A DNA stretch of 63,898 nt, counting the filler. It is 6 parts of 6 records of this genome, joined end to end, with 100 filler letters (N's around TTAATTAATTAA, not from the genome) between each part and the next. Parts side by side here need not be neighbours in the genome. Positions count along the whole stretch, not along the records: positions 9,557 to 39,959 come from SRR20825010_3318; 5 more parts are not named here. The stretch is one strand, 5' to 3'. Below the pieces are notes generated by a model. The model was not told the origin of the DNA. It searched no databases and saw only the letters and a program-made list of their open reading frames with translations. Below are positions 10,084 through 19,366 of this stretch, piece after piece (the first letter of the stretch is position 1; each line of letters begins with the position of its first letter). The position numbers and the translations under genes were made by a program.

Positions 10084-12054
10084 TCAGGCTTTTCGGATGA
10101 AGTCGGCGGCGTAGCTTCGGACCTCGCCGCCGTTGAGGACATGGACCATGCGGAGTTGTTGGATCTCTTGGTCGCTGAAGGAGGACATCGGCACGTGAAC
10201 CAGGTGCTTCTTGAACCGGCGGGCCAATCGTTTCCATCCGCCGCCGGGCGGCAGGGGGCTCATGATCGCGACGTGTTTGCTGCGTGAGTGCATGCAGGCA
10301 GCGGCAATCAATCGTTCTTCCAGCGTCGCGGTGAAATTCAAGCGACGGTCACGCCAGATGTCGCGAATCGGTACGGGCGGATACAAGAACATCGCACCGC
10401 CATAGATCCCCAGCCCAATGCCGGGGCCGACCATTTCTTGCTGGAAGTCACTGGCGAAGAACGCGAGGGTGGATTCCCATTCGTGCTCGGCGAACCAAGT
10501 CGTGCGCCAGGGGTAATCTCGTGGGTCGGCCGGGGAGTCGAACAGCATCAGGCAGGCGTCGAGTTGCCCGCGACTGGGCGGCATGACTTTGACGTAGATC
10601 TCTTTTTCGTACCAATGTCGAATCGTGTCCCGGATGTCGATTCCGTCTTTGACGCTGGTGGTGAACTTTTCGGTGCGAGCCAGGTCTTGGCCCATGATCG
10701 CTTGGGCTCGTTCGCTGACTCGGTTTCTCAGCAGTTCAATGCGTTCGTCTTCGGGCGGGTAGCTGCACTGGGAATAGGGGTTCCAATTGTGCTGCCATTC
10801 GTGGCGTTCTTTGTCGCTGGGCCGTCGTTGGAGCTGGATCGTTTGCCACGAAATCGGTGGTCCTGGCAATCGATTGACCAGCGACACGACGTCTTGGTTG
10901 GGCAAGCGAGCTTGGTCGATTCCTAGCGTGATCGGTTGATCGGATTCAGGGATCCATTGGTCGGAGTTGGCACCTGGTTCGTCCGCGTAGGCGTACTTGG
11001 TCGCAACTTCGGCGACGTGCAATGCAAATTGGTCGCCGAGGACTTGTTTGCAGGCGGTGATGATCGTGACCATGTCCGGGGTCATCCGGCGGTTGATCAA
11101 GGACAAATTGCGGATGTATTGCAAGCACTTGGAAAGCAGCAGCGGCGTGATCTTGCGGGCTCGGTTGCCCAGATCGTCGAGGTAGCTTTGGCGGCCGGCG
11201 ATCAACAGTTCTTTGACGCCGTCGATTTGCAAATTTTCATCGTCTTCCAGTTCGGCTCGCGCACGTTCATGCAGCGACGTGATGAAGGGCAACTCGCCGA
11301 ACAAGAACAGCAGCGTTTTGGAATTGATTTTGTGACGAGTCGGTGTGGAAACCTCTTCGTTTTCAAGGTCATCAACAGATCGGCCCTGGTCGGTTCGCAG
11401 GAGTCGGTGGGCATCGCGAATCCATGGCCAATGCAGGATGCTGGTGACCAGCAAAATCCGCTGGTAGCTCTTTTCCAATTCGGTGAGCTGGGCGGCCATG
11501 TAGTGCATTCGGTCGCGAGTCAGTTCATCGCTCGGTGGTGGAATGCTAGGGAGGATCGCGGCGGCGAACTTTTCAATCGCAACGTGCCGGACCGCATGCG
11601 CGTCGGGCATGACGGTCGAGAAAGGTTGGAAGTGATTCGTTTCCAGATCAATGAAATGCCGCGGGATGTGTTCGCCCATCGCGGCGCGGATCGCCATGAT
11701 CACGCTTTGGCACGGATCGATCGGCACGTAACTGGTGGGCAGAGCCTCCGCGTCATCGTCGTCGGCTGACTCACCGTATTCTTCGGCTGACAATTCAGGA
11801 TTGAAGGGCAGTGGCGGTTCGAACGTCGATTGTGATGCGGGGTGTTGCAACACGATCGAAGGACGCGGGAGTTCCAAGACCGCTTCTTCAACCGATTGTT
11901 GGAAGGACGGCGGCAGCGGAACGGCCAAGCAATCGAAGTTGTGTTCGAGCATGAACCGACGGGTCAGCCAGGCGAACTGGCCACTGCCGTGGATGATGGG
12001 CAGCAGTGTGACGCGATCGTTCAGGCGTAGCAGCTCGGGGACCGTGTCGCTCAT
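10084..12054 (-). CDS. Hypothetical protein, 656 aa (N-terminus resembles TraB/YehM-type fold)
   Basis: Long ORF 7 nt downstream of the M16 gene. LPIIHGS, R...YMAAQL and LLVTSILH resemble TraB/YehM motifs (weak, by eye). Confidence 0.8.
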   Translation of the reverse strand: MSDTVPELLRLNDRVTLLPIIHGSGQFAWLTRRFMLEHNFDCLAVPLPPSFQQSVEEAVLELPRPSIVLQHPASQSTFEPPLPFNPELSAEEYGESADDDDAEALPTSYVPIDPCQSVIMAIRAAMGEHIPRHFIDLETNHFQPFSTVMPDAHAVRHVAIEKFAAAILPSIPPPSDELTRDRMHYMAAQLTELEKSYQRILLVTSILHWPWIRDAHRLLRTDQGRSVDDLENEEVSTPTRHKINSKTLLFLFGELPFITSLHERARAELEDDENLQIDGVKELLIAGRQSYLDDLGNRARKITPLLLSKCLQYIRNLSLINRRMTPDMVTIITACKQVLGDQFALHVAEVATKYAYADEPGANSDQWIPESDQPITLGIDQARLPNQDVVSLVNRLPGPPISWQTIQLQRRPSDKERHEWQHNWNPYSQCSYPPEDERIELLRNRVSERAQAIMGQDLARTEKFTTSVKDGIDIRDTIRHWYEKEIYVKVMPPSRGQLDACLMLFDSPADPRDYPWRTTWFAEHEWESTLAFFASDFQQEMVGPGIGLGIYGGAMFLYPPVPIRDIWRDRRLNFTATLEERLIAAACMHSRSKHVAIMSPLPPGGGWKRLARRFKKHLVHVPMSSFSDQEIQQLRMVHVLNGGEVRSYAADFIRKA

Positions 12055-12061
12055 CTTTTAA

Positions 12062-13324
12062 TCAACCAACCAAATTGGATTGAGGTTCAGCGGAGGAGGC
12101 AACGACTTCGGTTGCTGATTGCCCCAAGTAGGTTCGGGCGGCTTCGGCAACGCTTTCGATTGTCACACCACGGTAGGCGTCCAGCAACTCATCGAGCGAC
12201 AGGTAATCGCCACAGCACAACCAGCGACTGCCCAGCCCGAACAAGCGGTTTGACGGGCGTTCAGATTGCATGATGCAGCCAGCGACCGTTTTGTTGATCA
12301 CCTGATCCAGTTCCGATTGTTCGACGCCGTCACTGGCGACTCGGCCGAAGACATCGTTCATCAAGCGAACGTTGGAATCCATGTCATCGGCGGCGCAGAC
12401 CAAGTAGGTGAACAAGGCACCGGTGTCGGTGAACTCTTGCGGCCAAAGGGTGGCGACTTCGGCACGGCCGGTGTCGATCAAATCCCAGAACAGCCGGCTG
12501 CCGCCGTCATCGCCCACAATAGAAGCCAGCAACCGCATTGCGTAGCGGAGCTCGGATTGCATTGAGGGGCCATCGCCAAGAGTCACCCGGTAACTTTGCG
12601 ACGCATCAGGCACGCTTAAGTGCTGTGTCAGTTCGATGCCTTCGGGGGTGGTGCTGAGATCGTCACCGGCCAAATCCGACGGGGCAGGGCGGTCGAGCCA
12701 ATGCTGCGTCATCTTTTCGGCTTGAGCGACCAAGCCATCAAAGTCGACGTTGCCGCTGGCGGCCAGCACAATGTTTTCGGGGCGATAACGGCGATTAAAA
12801 TAGGCTCGCATCGATTCGACTTGCATCGATTCGATCGAGTGCGTCGTGCCAAGCACGCGCCGTCCCAACCCGCGAGGTCCGTAGGCACATTCCATCACTC
12901 GTTCGAAGGCTCCAAATGGAGGCTGGTCTTCGTACTTGGCGATTTCTTCCAGGATCACGTTTCGCTCGGTCGCGAAATCGTCGGCGTCGAGTGACGGGCT
13001 GAGCATGTCGGTCAGCAAGTCGACCATTCGGTCTTGGTGCTTCGGCAGCACGGACGAATAGTAAACCGTTTGTTCTTCGGACGTGTAGGCGTTGGATTGA
13101 CCGCCGAGTTCATCCAGTTCGCGGTTCACATCCGCAGCCGAGCGACGTGCGGTTCCTTTGAACATCATGTGTTCGAGGAAGTGGCTGAGTCCCGATTCGA
13201 TGTCGGTTTCGTCACGAGCACCGGCACGCACGAAGTAACCGACCGCGGCGGAGTAACCACGCAGGTCGATGTCGGCAACGATTCGCAACCCATTGGCTAG
13301 GGTCGTTGATTTGAGTTCGTTCAT
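12062..13324 (-). CDS. M16B zinc peptidase, catalytic subunit
   Basis: HFLEHMMFKGT (HxxEH), NAYTS and ERNVILEE. Its ATG at 13324 overlaps the upstream TGA (ATGA). Confidence 0.93.
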   Translation of the reverse strand: MNELKSTTLANGLRIVADIDLRGYSAAVGYFVRAGARDETDIESGLSHFLEHMMFKGTARRSAADVNRELDELGGQSNAYTSEEQTVYYSSVLPKHQDRMVDLLTDMLSPSLDADDFATERNVILEEIAKYEDQPPFGAFERVMECAYGPRGLGRRVLGTTHSIESMQVESMRAYFNRRYRPENIVLAASGNVDFDGLVAQAEKMTQHWLDRPAPSDLAGDDLSTTPEGIELTQHLSVPDASQSYRVTLGDGPSMQSELRYAMRLLASIVGDDGGSRLFWDLIDTGRAEVATLWPQEFTDTGALFTYLVCAADDMDSNVRLMNDVFGRVASDGVEQSELDQVINKTVAGCIMQSERPSNRLFGLGSRWLCCGDYLSLDELLDAYRGVTIESVAEAARTYLGQSATEVVASSAEPQSNLVG

Positions 13325-14619
13325 GCGAGCGTTTCGCCTCCTTGAAGGGCTTCCGGTCCGACGGTCACGATTCGGAATTGCCGCGGGCCGTGTTGGCGAA
13401 AGTAGGATGCGACTTGGTCGAGGGTGATGGCTTCGATTTTGGCTTCGAGTTCTTCGGTTGGAATGACGCGTCCGATTTGATATTGGTCGGATGCGAGTGA
13501 GCTGGCTCGTGAGCCGGCCGATTCTTGTTCCATGATCAGTCCGCTTTCGATGCGAACTTTCCAACGCGAGAGTTCTTCTTGTTCGAGGTCGTCGGCCAGA
13601 TGTTGGATTTCGCGAAGGCTGACGTCGAGCGTTTCTTGCGCTCGTGCGGGAGTGGTGCCGGCGTAACCGAACACGGCACCGTGCTGTCCGATCGTGTGGG
13701 TGCTGGCCCAGACGCTGTAACACAGCCCGCGTTGTTCGCGAACGCGATCGAACAGGCGACTGCTCATGCCATCGCTGAGGATTCCGATTCCGGCTCGCAT
13801 GACGAAGTAGTCATCGCTGCCGTAGGGAATCGAATCGAATGAAAATCCGATGTGCGTTTGACTGCTGGGCAGTTCGATGTGCTCGTTGCCATCGATCGGG
13901 GCAGGGGAGGGCAGGGCAGGGCGTTTGCCTGACTTCCAATCGCCAAAGGATTGCTCGATGGAATCGAAAATTTGATTGGCGTCGAAGTTGCCCGCGACGG
14001 CCAGCACGCTTCCACCGGCATGGTATTGATCAGTGTAGAACTGGCGGACGTCATCCATGCTGAGCGCTTCCAGGCTCGCTTCGCTGGCGTATCCACCTCG
14101 TCCCAGGGAGGGGCCGTATTGGCGTTCGCGAAGTCGCCGCATCAAACGCTGAGTCGGTTCGTCTTGGAACGCGGCGAGTTCTTGCCGCAGAATCATTTTG
14201 GCGTCGTCGAATTGGTTGCCCGGTAAGTGTGGGCGACGCACGACATCGGCGAGCAGTTCGATGGCGGGAAGCAAGGATTCCGCCGGCATGCGTGCGGAGT
14301 AACCCGCGACGCTGGTCGCGGCCGAGTTGCCACTGTCGATGCCCAGGTTGTCTTCGGCGGCAACCAGTTGGCGACTGTTGTAGGCACCGGCACCACGCTG
14401 GACCATTTCACAGGTCAGCGATGCCAGACCATCGCGGCAGGCAAGGTATTCAGGATCGGCCAGTTGTGACTCGCTCAAACCAACCAATTCGGTTGTGATC
14501 CCAGCGGGCAACCACAGCGTGTACGCGGCGGTTCGCAGCCAAGGCATCGGTTGCACGACGACGGTCAGGCCGTTGTCGAGCGTTCGAGTTTGAATCGGAG
14601 GGGATTGAGTGCTGAGCAA
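13321..14619 (-). CDS. M16B peptidase-like subunit lacking HxxEH
   Basis: M16 features (LDNGL; GMSSRLFDRVREQRGLCYS), but ASLTCEM replaces HxxEH. Confidence 0.9.
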   Translation of the reverse strand: MLSTQSPPIQTRTLDNGLTVVVQPMPWLRTAAYTLWLPAGITTELVGLSESQLADPEYLACRDGLASLTCEMVQRGAGAYNSRQLVAAEDNLGIDSGNSAATSVAGYSARMPAESLLPAIELLADVVRRPHLPGNQFDDAKMILRQELAAFQDEPTQRLMRRLRERQYGPSLGRGGYASEASLEALSMDDVRQFYTDQYHAGGSVLAVAGNFDANQIFDSIEQSFGDWKSGKRPALPSPAPIDGNEHIELPSSQTHIGFSFDSIPYGSDDYFVMRAGIGILSDGMSSRLFDRVREQRGLCYSVWASTHTIGQHGAVFGYAGTTPARAQETLDVSLREIQHLADDLEQEELSRWKVRIESGLIMEQESAGSRASSLASDQYQIGRVIPTEELEAKIEAITLDQVASYFRQHGPRQFRIVTVGPEALQGGETLA

Positions 14620-14626
14620 GGGAATC

Positions 14627-14654
14627 GCTGAGGGCTGAGGGCGAGTTGCTAGTT
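14627..14654. repeat. Degenerate heptamer tandem repeat (GCTGAGG GCTGAGG GCGAGTT GCTAGTT)
   Basis: 7-nt periodicity visible directly. Confidence 0.6.
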
Positions 14655-14665
14655 GGGTTCAATTG

Positions 14666-14732
14666 GTAGCGGAAGTCGCCAAGACTTTCGGAAATCACGG
14701 TCGAGGCCGAAACTCTTGACGAGTTTCGCTAC
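14666..14732. repeat. GTAG-family REP doublet (inverted pair)
   Basis: GTAGCGGAAGTCGCCAAGACTTTCGG (14666-14691) matches the reverse complement of 14707-14732 (GTAGCGAAACTCGTCAAGAGTTTCGG) at 22/26. Confidence 0.85.
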
Positions 14733-14741
14733 GTGGGTTGC

Positions 14742-14762
14742 GAGCTAGGAGCTAGGAGCTAG
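14742..14762. repeat. Heptamer tandem repeat (GAGCTAG)x3 spanning the miaB stop codon
   Basis: Three exact copies. Confidence 0.75.
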
Positions 14763-16184
14763 GCCCGGCATTCCGAGCGAGACGACTTCGACTGTTTTGA
14801 CGCGGCCGATCAGCGTGTGGCTGCTGCCATCATCGATTTGAATGTCCATCAATTGGCCGGCTTGGCGTCGGTTGCCATCAAAGACCACGATCCGGTCGCA
14901 AATGGTTCGTCCAGTCATTTGAACGATCGGTGCATCCAGATCGGATTTGTCGGCTTTCTTGCTTGGGCCTTCGACCAGAACTTCGACGGTGTCGCCGATC
15001 AGTTTTTGGTTGTCCTCTTTCGAGATTCGATCTTGGACGGCTAGCAATTCGTTGTTGCGAGCCGCTTTGACTTCGCGAGGCACATCGTCGATCAGGTTGG
15101 CGGCCGCTTTGGTGCCTTCGCGAACGCTGTACTGGAAGATGAAGCTGTTCTTGAATCGGCAGCGTTCGATCAGTTTCACTGACTTTTGGAAGTCCTCATC
15201 CGTTTCGCCGCAGAAGCCAACGATGAAGTCACTGCTGACCGAGGCTTCGGGCAGGATCGTTTCGATGCGTTCGAACATCTCCATGTAGTCGGCGATCGTG
15301 TAGCCGCGTTTCATGCGTTTGAGAACCGCATCGCTGCCGCTTTGTGCTGGCACGTGCAAGTAAGGCGACACCTTTGGCAGATCGCGAATGGTTTCCAGCA
15401 ACCGGGCGGTCATGTCTTTGGGGTAGTTCGTCACAAACTTGATGCGTTTCAAGCCATCGATGTCGTGCAGACGTTCCAGCAGACCGGCCATGTCGGTTTC
15501 GCCGTCCGGTCCGCGGTGGCGATAGCTGTTGACGGTTTGTCCGAGCAGCGTGATTTCGAGGGCACCTTGTTCAGCGAGCACGCGGGCTTCGGAAACAATC
15601 TCTTCGGGCGACCGGCCTTGTTCGGGACCGCGGGTGTTGGGCACGACGCAATAGGTGCAGAACTTGTCGCAGCCGATTTGAATCCGCAGGTAGGCTTGGA
15701 AGGGAGTCGGCCGCATGGTTGGATCCCGCAAAGGATCGAAGGTTTCGTGACTGCGAGCGACGACGGTTTGCTTGCCATCTTTGCGACCCAGCGAAACGGC
15801 CATTTGCCGACCTTCACCGCTGGTGACTTTCGTCAGCATGTCGGGAATCGCGTGCAGTTGTCCGGGGCCGACGACCATGTCGACGAAAGGGGCACGTCGA
15901 AAGATCGTTTCTTGGTCTTTCTGAGCCATGCATCCCATCACACCGATGGTTTTCTCGGGGTGGCGAGCTTTGGTTTCTTTGAGTTTGCCGAGGGCGCTGT
16001 ACGTCTTTTCTTCGGCTTGCTCGCGAATGCTGCATGTGTTGTAGAGCAGCAGGTCGGCTTCGCCGGGCGTGTCGACGACGGTGTAACCGTGGCGTTTCAA
16101 GTCGGCGATCACCATTTCGCTGTCCAGAACATTCATCTGGCAGCCGACGGTTTTGATGTAAACAGTTTTAGTCATGGAGATCAC
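14745..16184 (-). CDS. miaB: tRNA-2-methylthio-N6-dimethylallyladenosine synthase (radical SAM methylthiotransferase)
   Basis: GCQMNVLDSE, NTCSIRE, GCMAQ, GCDKFCTYCVVP and C-terminal TRAM domain. Alternative start at 16175. Confidence 0.96.
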   Translation of the reverse strand: MISMTKTVYIKTVGCQMNVLDSEMVIADLKRHGYTVVDTPGEADLLLYNTCSIREQAEEKTYSALGKLKETKARHPEKTIGVMGCMAQKDQETIFRRAPFVDMVVGPGQLHAIPDMLTKVTSGEGRQMAVSLGRKDGKQTVVARSHETFDPLRDPTMRPTPFQAYLRIQIGCDKFCTYCVVPNTRGPEQGRSPEEIVSEARVLAEQGALEITLLGQTVNSYRHRGPDGETDMAGLLERLHDIDGLKRIKFVTNYPKDMTARLLETIRDLPKVSPYLHVPAQSGSDAVLKRMKRGYTIADYMEMFERIETILPEASVSSDFIVGFCGETDEDFQKSVKLIERCRFKNSFIFQYSVREGTKAAANLIDDVPREVKAARNNELLAVQDRISKEDNQKLIGDTVEVLVEGPSKKADKSDLDAPIVQMTGRTICDRIVVFDGNRRQAGQLMDIQIDDGSSHTLIGRVKTVEVVSLGMPGLAPSS

Positions 16185-16393
16185 TCCGGCTCGTCTTCGG
16201 AAGGTTTTTTACTGGCTTCGATGGCGGCCCGTTGGGCCTCTTGGGTGCGGTTGACATGATCCCGCAAAAGACCCGTCAGGTGGGCTTGTCGTCGGTTCAT
16301 GGCACCCACGACGATCCAGGCGGCAACCGCCGCTCCGGCGACCCACAGCCAGTTGATATTGGTCAGAAAAGTTTGTCCCCACAGCGCATTCAT
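16181..16393 (-). CDS. Small single-TM membrane protein (70 aa)
   Basis: One hydrophobic helix followed by a charged tail; GGAG RBS; its stop overlaps the miaB GTG start (GTGA). Confidence 0.65.
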   Translation of the reverse strand: MNALWGQTFLTNINWLWVAGAAVAAWIVVGAMNRRQAHLTGLLRDHVNRTQEAQRAAIEASKKPSEDEPE

Positions 16394-16441
16394 CGCTCCA
16401 GGATAACGCCACGGGGGCGTTTCTCGGAAGACGAGCCATTT

Positions 16442-19366
16442 TCAATCCGTTGAGGACCTGTTTGGCCTTTGAAAACGCTGGGAAGACGAGGATTTTCGCC
16501 ACTGGTCGTGAAGCACCACAAAGCTGGGCACGAGGACCGTTCGCACATAAAGCGTGTCCAGCAGGACTCCGAGACCGAGTGCGAAACCGAGTTCGGTGAT
16601 TCCTCGCAGCGTGGTCGGTTGGCTGGCGATTTGCTCGCCCAGTGAGGCGGCACTGTCGCTGGTGAGAAATGCCAAGCTTTGAGTGATCCAGGGCCACCAG
16701 GACGACGCCGTCATGCTGATAAACGTGGCGGCCATGACCAAACCGCAGGCGGTGATGATGCCGCCGGTTCGGGCCACCGCGCGGCGGACCGCGGCGAGCG
16801 AACCGAGTTTGCGTTTTTCTTCCAGAATTCGAGTGACCAAGTAAACGTTGTAGTCCTGCCCCACGGCCACCAAAATGACGAACAAGAAAATCGGCAGCTT
16901 CCAATCCAACCCGGGGAAGGTTGGTCCATGCAAGAATCGAAAGAACAGGTACGTTAGGCCGAGCGTGGTGTAGTAGCTGAGTAAGACCGTGGCGATCAGG
17001 TAGATCGACAATGCGACGCGTCGAATCACCAGAACCAATACCGCGAAGACGGCAGCGATCACGGCGAGCTTGATTCGAAACGTGTCCGAGAGGGTGACTT
17101 CGCGAAGGTCCACGATGGAGGGTGTCGTGCCAGCATAGAACGCATCGATTTGGAGTCCGGCTTGACCGAGCGCTGCGGTCTGCCCGGCGATGGTTTCTTC
17201 AATTCGTTTCAAACTGTTCCCGGCAGCCTCGCTGAACGGATCTTCTTGAATGATCACGTCCATTCGAATCAGTCGGTTGGCGTACTGCGGCATCGAAGAC
17301 ACAAAGTGCAGTTGCGTCAAACGGTGATTCTGCAGTGCTCGTCGCCGCCAAGCTTCGCTGCTGAGCAAACTCATTTCACGATCCGGCGGGAAATCCCCCA
17401 GAGGATCGTTGCGATGTCGAACGGCAGTGACGCCTTCGGTTTGATACAGCGCCTGCGTGATGGTTTGCAGGGTTTCTTTCTGCTCCTCTTTTCCCATTGG
17501 CTGTTCAGACAACATCAGCACGGATATCGGAGCGAGTTGACCGATGCCAAACTCTCGATCGAGCACACGCATGCCTTGCCGCGTGCTGGCAGAGGCAGAC
17601 AGTTGACCACTGATGTCATAAGTGACGGTACGTTCGTTTCGAAAACCAATCCAAGCCGGCGGCAGCAGCAACGCCAAGCCAATCAGCAACGTTACCATCG
17701 GGCGACGAGTCAATTGAATCGCCATCCAGTTCCACAGTAGATCGCCAGGGGAACTGTCTTTGTCGTTGACACTGCGATTGCCAATCAACTGAATCCGCGG
17801 TTCGCGACTGACTTGGCCCGCCGACGTAGGCCAAAAGACTTTGGGGCCCAGCAGGCACAGGCACGCGGGTGTCAGCGTCATGCAAACCAGCAAGCCGATC
17901 GACAGGCACACCGCGATGATTGGGCCGGTGTGATGAAATTTTCCAAAGTCAGCAAACCAAAGCATGCCCAGCCCAACGATCGTTGTCATGGCGCTGCCGA
18001 TCAGCGCTCCGCTGACCTGCGTGAGAGCTTTGCGACAGGCAACGGGCCAAGGCGACTGCGCGGCTTCTTCACGCAAGCGGGCGATCAGGAACAAGCAATA
18101 GTCCGTGCCGGCGCCAAACAAAATGACAACCACAAAGATACGGCTGGTCGTGTAGATCTGGATGTCCAGACCAGGAACCAAACCGGATTGCGACAACTGA
18201 GTGAGAAACGTGACCGCGGCGGTTGAGACCATCACTGCGATCGCGATCGAAAACAGCGGCACAGCGACAAGCAGCGGGGCGCGGTAGACAATGGAAAGCA
18301 GCAGCAGGATCATCACGACCGTGAACCATTCCGTGTACTGAATGGCGGAGCGAGCGGCCGAAAGGGTTTGTCCTCCAATCGCGGCCGAACCGGTGACGAT
18401 CAATTGAGGTGATCCGGAATCGGAACGCTCTTCTTCGGTTAGGTAAGCATGGCTGTAGGCAACCGTTTGGTCGACGATTTCCTGCAGTTGTTCCAACAGT
18501 TCGATGTTGCCTGTTGCCGCCAGCTCGCTGGATAGAGTCAGCACAGCCAATCGGGCTCGCGGGGTTTTCAGCTGTGAACCCAGCGTGCGATCTTCCCAGC
18601 TGTAGATATCCAGCAACGGTTCCCAGTCCTTCAGTGGCCGCTTCGAAATCGGCAGCACGGACATGGGAAGATCCGAGTCCAGCACCAAAGCGGCTTCGAG
18701 ATCCTCGGCCACGCGTGCGGTGGTTTCGGAAATGGAAGATGCTTTTTTGTCTGGTTCGGTCTTTGCATCGGTGTCACCAGGAGCGACGGCTGTCTCCGGC
18801 GCATCGGGCGGTTGGATCACCATTTGAGAACCGAGCAAATTGCCTCGGTCCCAGTAAGCGATCGCCATGCGCGGTTCGTAAGGAGTCGGCGATGTCTCGG
18901 GGACTCGATCACCGAGTGCTTCATAGAACTGCGAATCGATCTCGATCGCTTGGTCGAAAGCCTGCGTGGCAACGACCCACCACCGATTGATCGGTTCGTC
19001 CTCGCTGCCGTCGCTCAGTTGCATCGCACGTTGCCACGCGACTTCACCCAAACGGTGATAGAGACGGCGGAGCAAGTCCAGGCCGATCAGACGATCGGTC
19101 TTTGTTAAGTCTTGTTCGGCGCGAGAAAGCGTGACAACCATTTGGCTGCGTGCTCTCGTGCCAAAGAAGGCTTCGTCGAGCAACTTGCCACCCGCAACGC
19201 TGGTTTGCGTCGCTGGGAGATATTCGAAGTCGCCATCGAGAGCGACTTGTTTCCAAGAAGGCGAAAACGCTTTGCAGAGAATTGCAAAAACAACCCAACC
19301 CAAAACGATCCAATGAGCACGTGCGATGACCTGTCGAGAGAATCGTTGGGTGGCGCTGGTTTTCAT
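16442..19366 (-). CDS. MMPL-family (RND superfamily) transporter
   Basis: VTGSAA, FGAGTDYCLFLIARLRE, AVGQDYNVYLVTRI, TGGIITACG and LDTLYVRTVLVP motifs; two TM bundles. Confidence 0.93.
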   Translation of the reverse strand: MKTSATQRFSRQVIARAHWIVLGWVVFAILCKAFSPSWKQVALDGDFEYLPATQTSVAGGKLLDEAFFGTRARSQMVVTLSRAEQDLTKTDRLIGLDLLRRLYHRLGEVAWQRAMQLSDGSEDEPINRWWVVATQAFDQAIEIDSQFYEALGDRVPETSPTPYEPRMAIAYWDRGNLLGSQMVIQPPDAPETAVAPGDTDAKTEPDKKASSISETTARVAEDLEAALVLDSDLPMSVLPISKRPLKDWEPLLDIYSWEDRTLGSQLKTPRARLAVLTLSSELAATGNIELLEQLQEIVDQTVAYSHAYLTEEERSDSGSPQLIVTGSAAIGGQTLSAARSAIQYTEWFTVVMILLLLSIVYRAPLLVAVPLFSIAIAVMVSTAAVTFLTQLSQSGLVPGLDIQIYTTSRIFVVVILFGAGTDYCLFLIARLREEAAQSPWPVACRKALTQVSGALIGSAMTTIVGLGMLWFADFGKFHHTGPIIAVCLSIGLLVCMTLTPACLCLLGPKVFWPTSAGQVSREPRIQLIGNRSVNDKDSSPGDLLWNWMAIQLTRRPMVTLLIGLALLLPPAWIGFRNERTVTYDISGQLSASASTRQGMRVLDREFGIGQLAPISVLMLSEQPMGKEEQKETLQTITQALYQTEGVTAVRHRNDPLGDFPPDREMSLLSSEAWRRRALQNHRLTQLHFVSSMPQYANRLIRMDVIIQEDPFSEAAGNSLKRIEETIAGQTAALGQAGLQIDAFYAGTTPSIVDLREVTLSDTFRIKLAVIAAVFAVLVLVIRRVALSIYLIATVLLSYYTTLGLTYLFFRFLHGPTFPGLDWKLPIFLFVILVAVGQDYNVYLVTRILEEKRKLGSLAAVRRAVARTGGIITACGLVMAATFISMTASSWWPWITQSLAFLTSDSAASLGEQIASQPTTLRGITELGFALGLGVLLDTLYVRTVLVPSFVVLHDQWRKSSSSQRFQRPNRSSTD

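Noticed and set aside
13325-13723. 133-aa N-terminal extension of the catalytic M16 ORF
   Set aside because: It overlaps the upstream gene out of frame; the ATGA-coupled start at 13324 is far more plausible.
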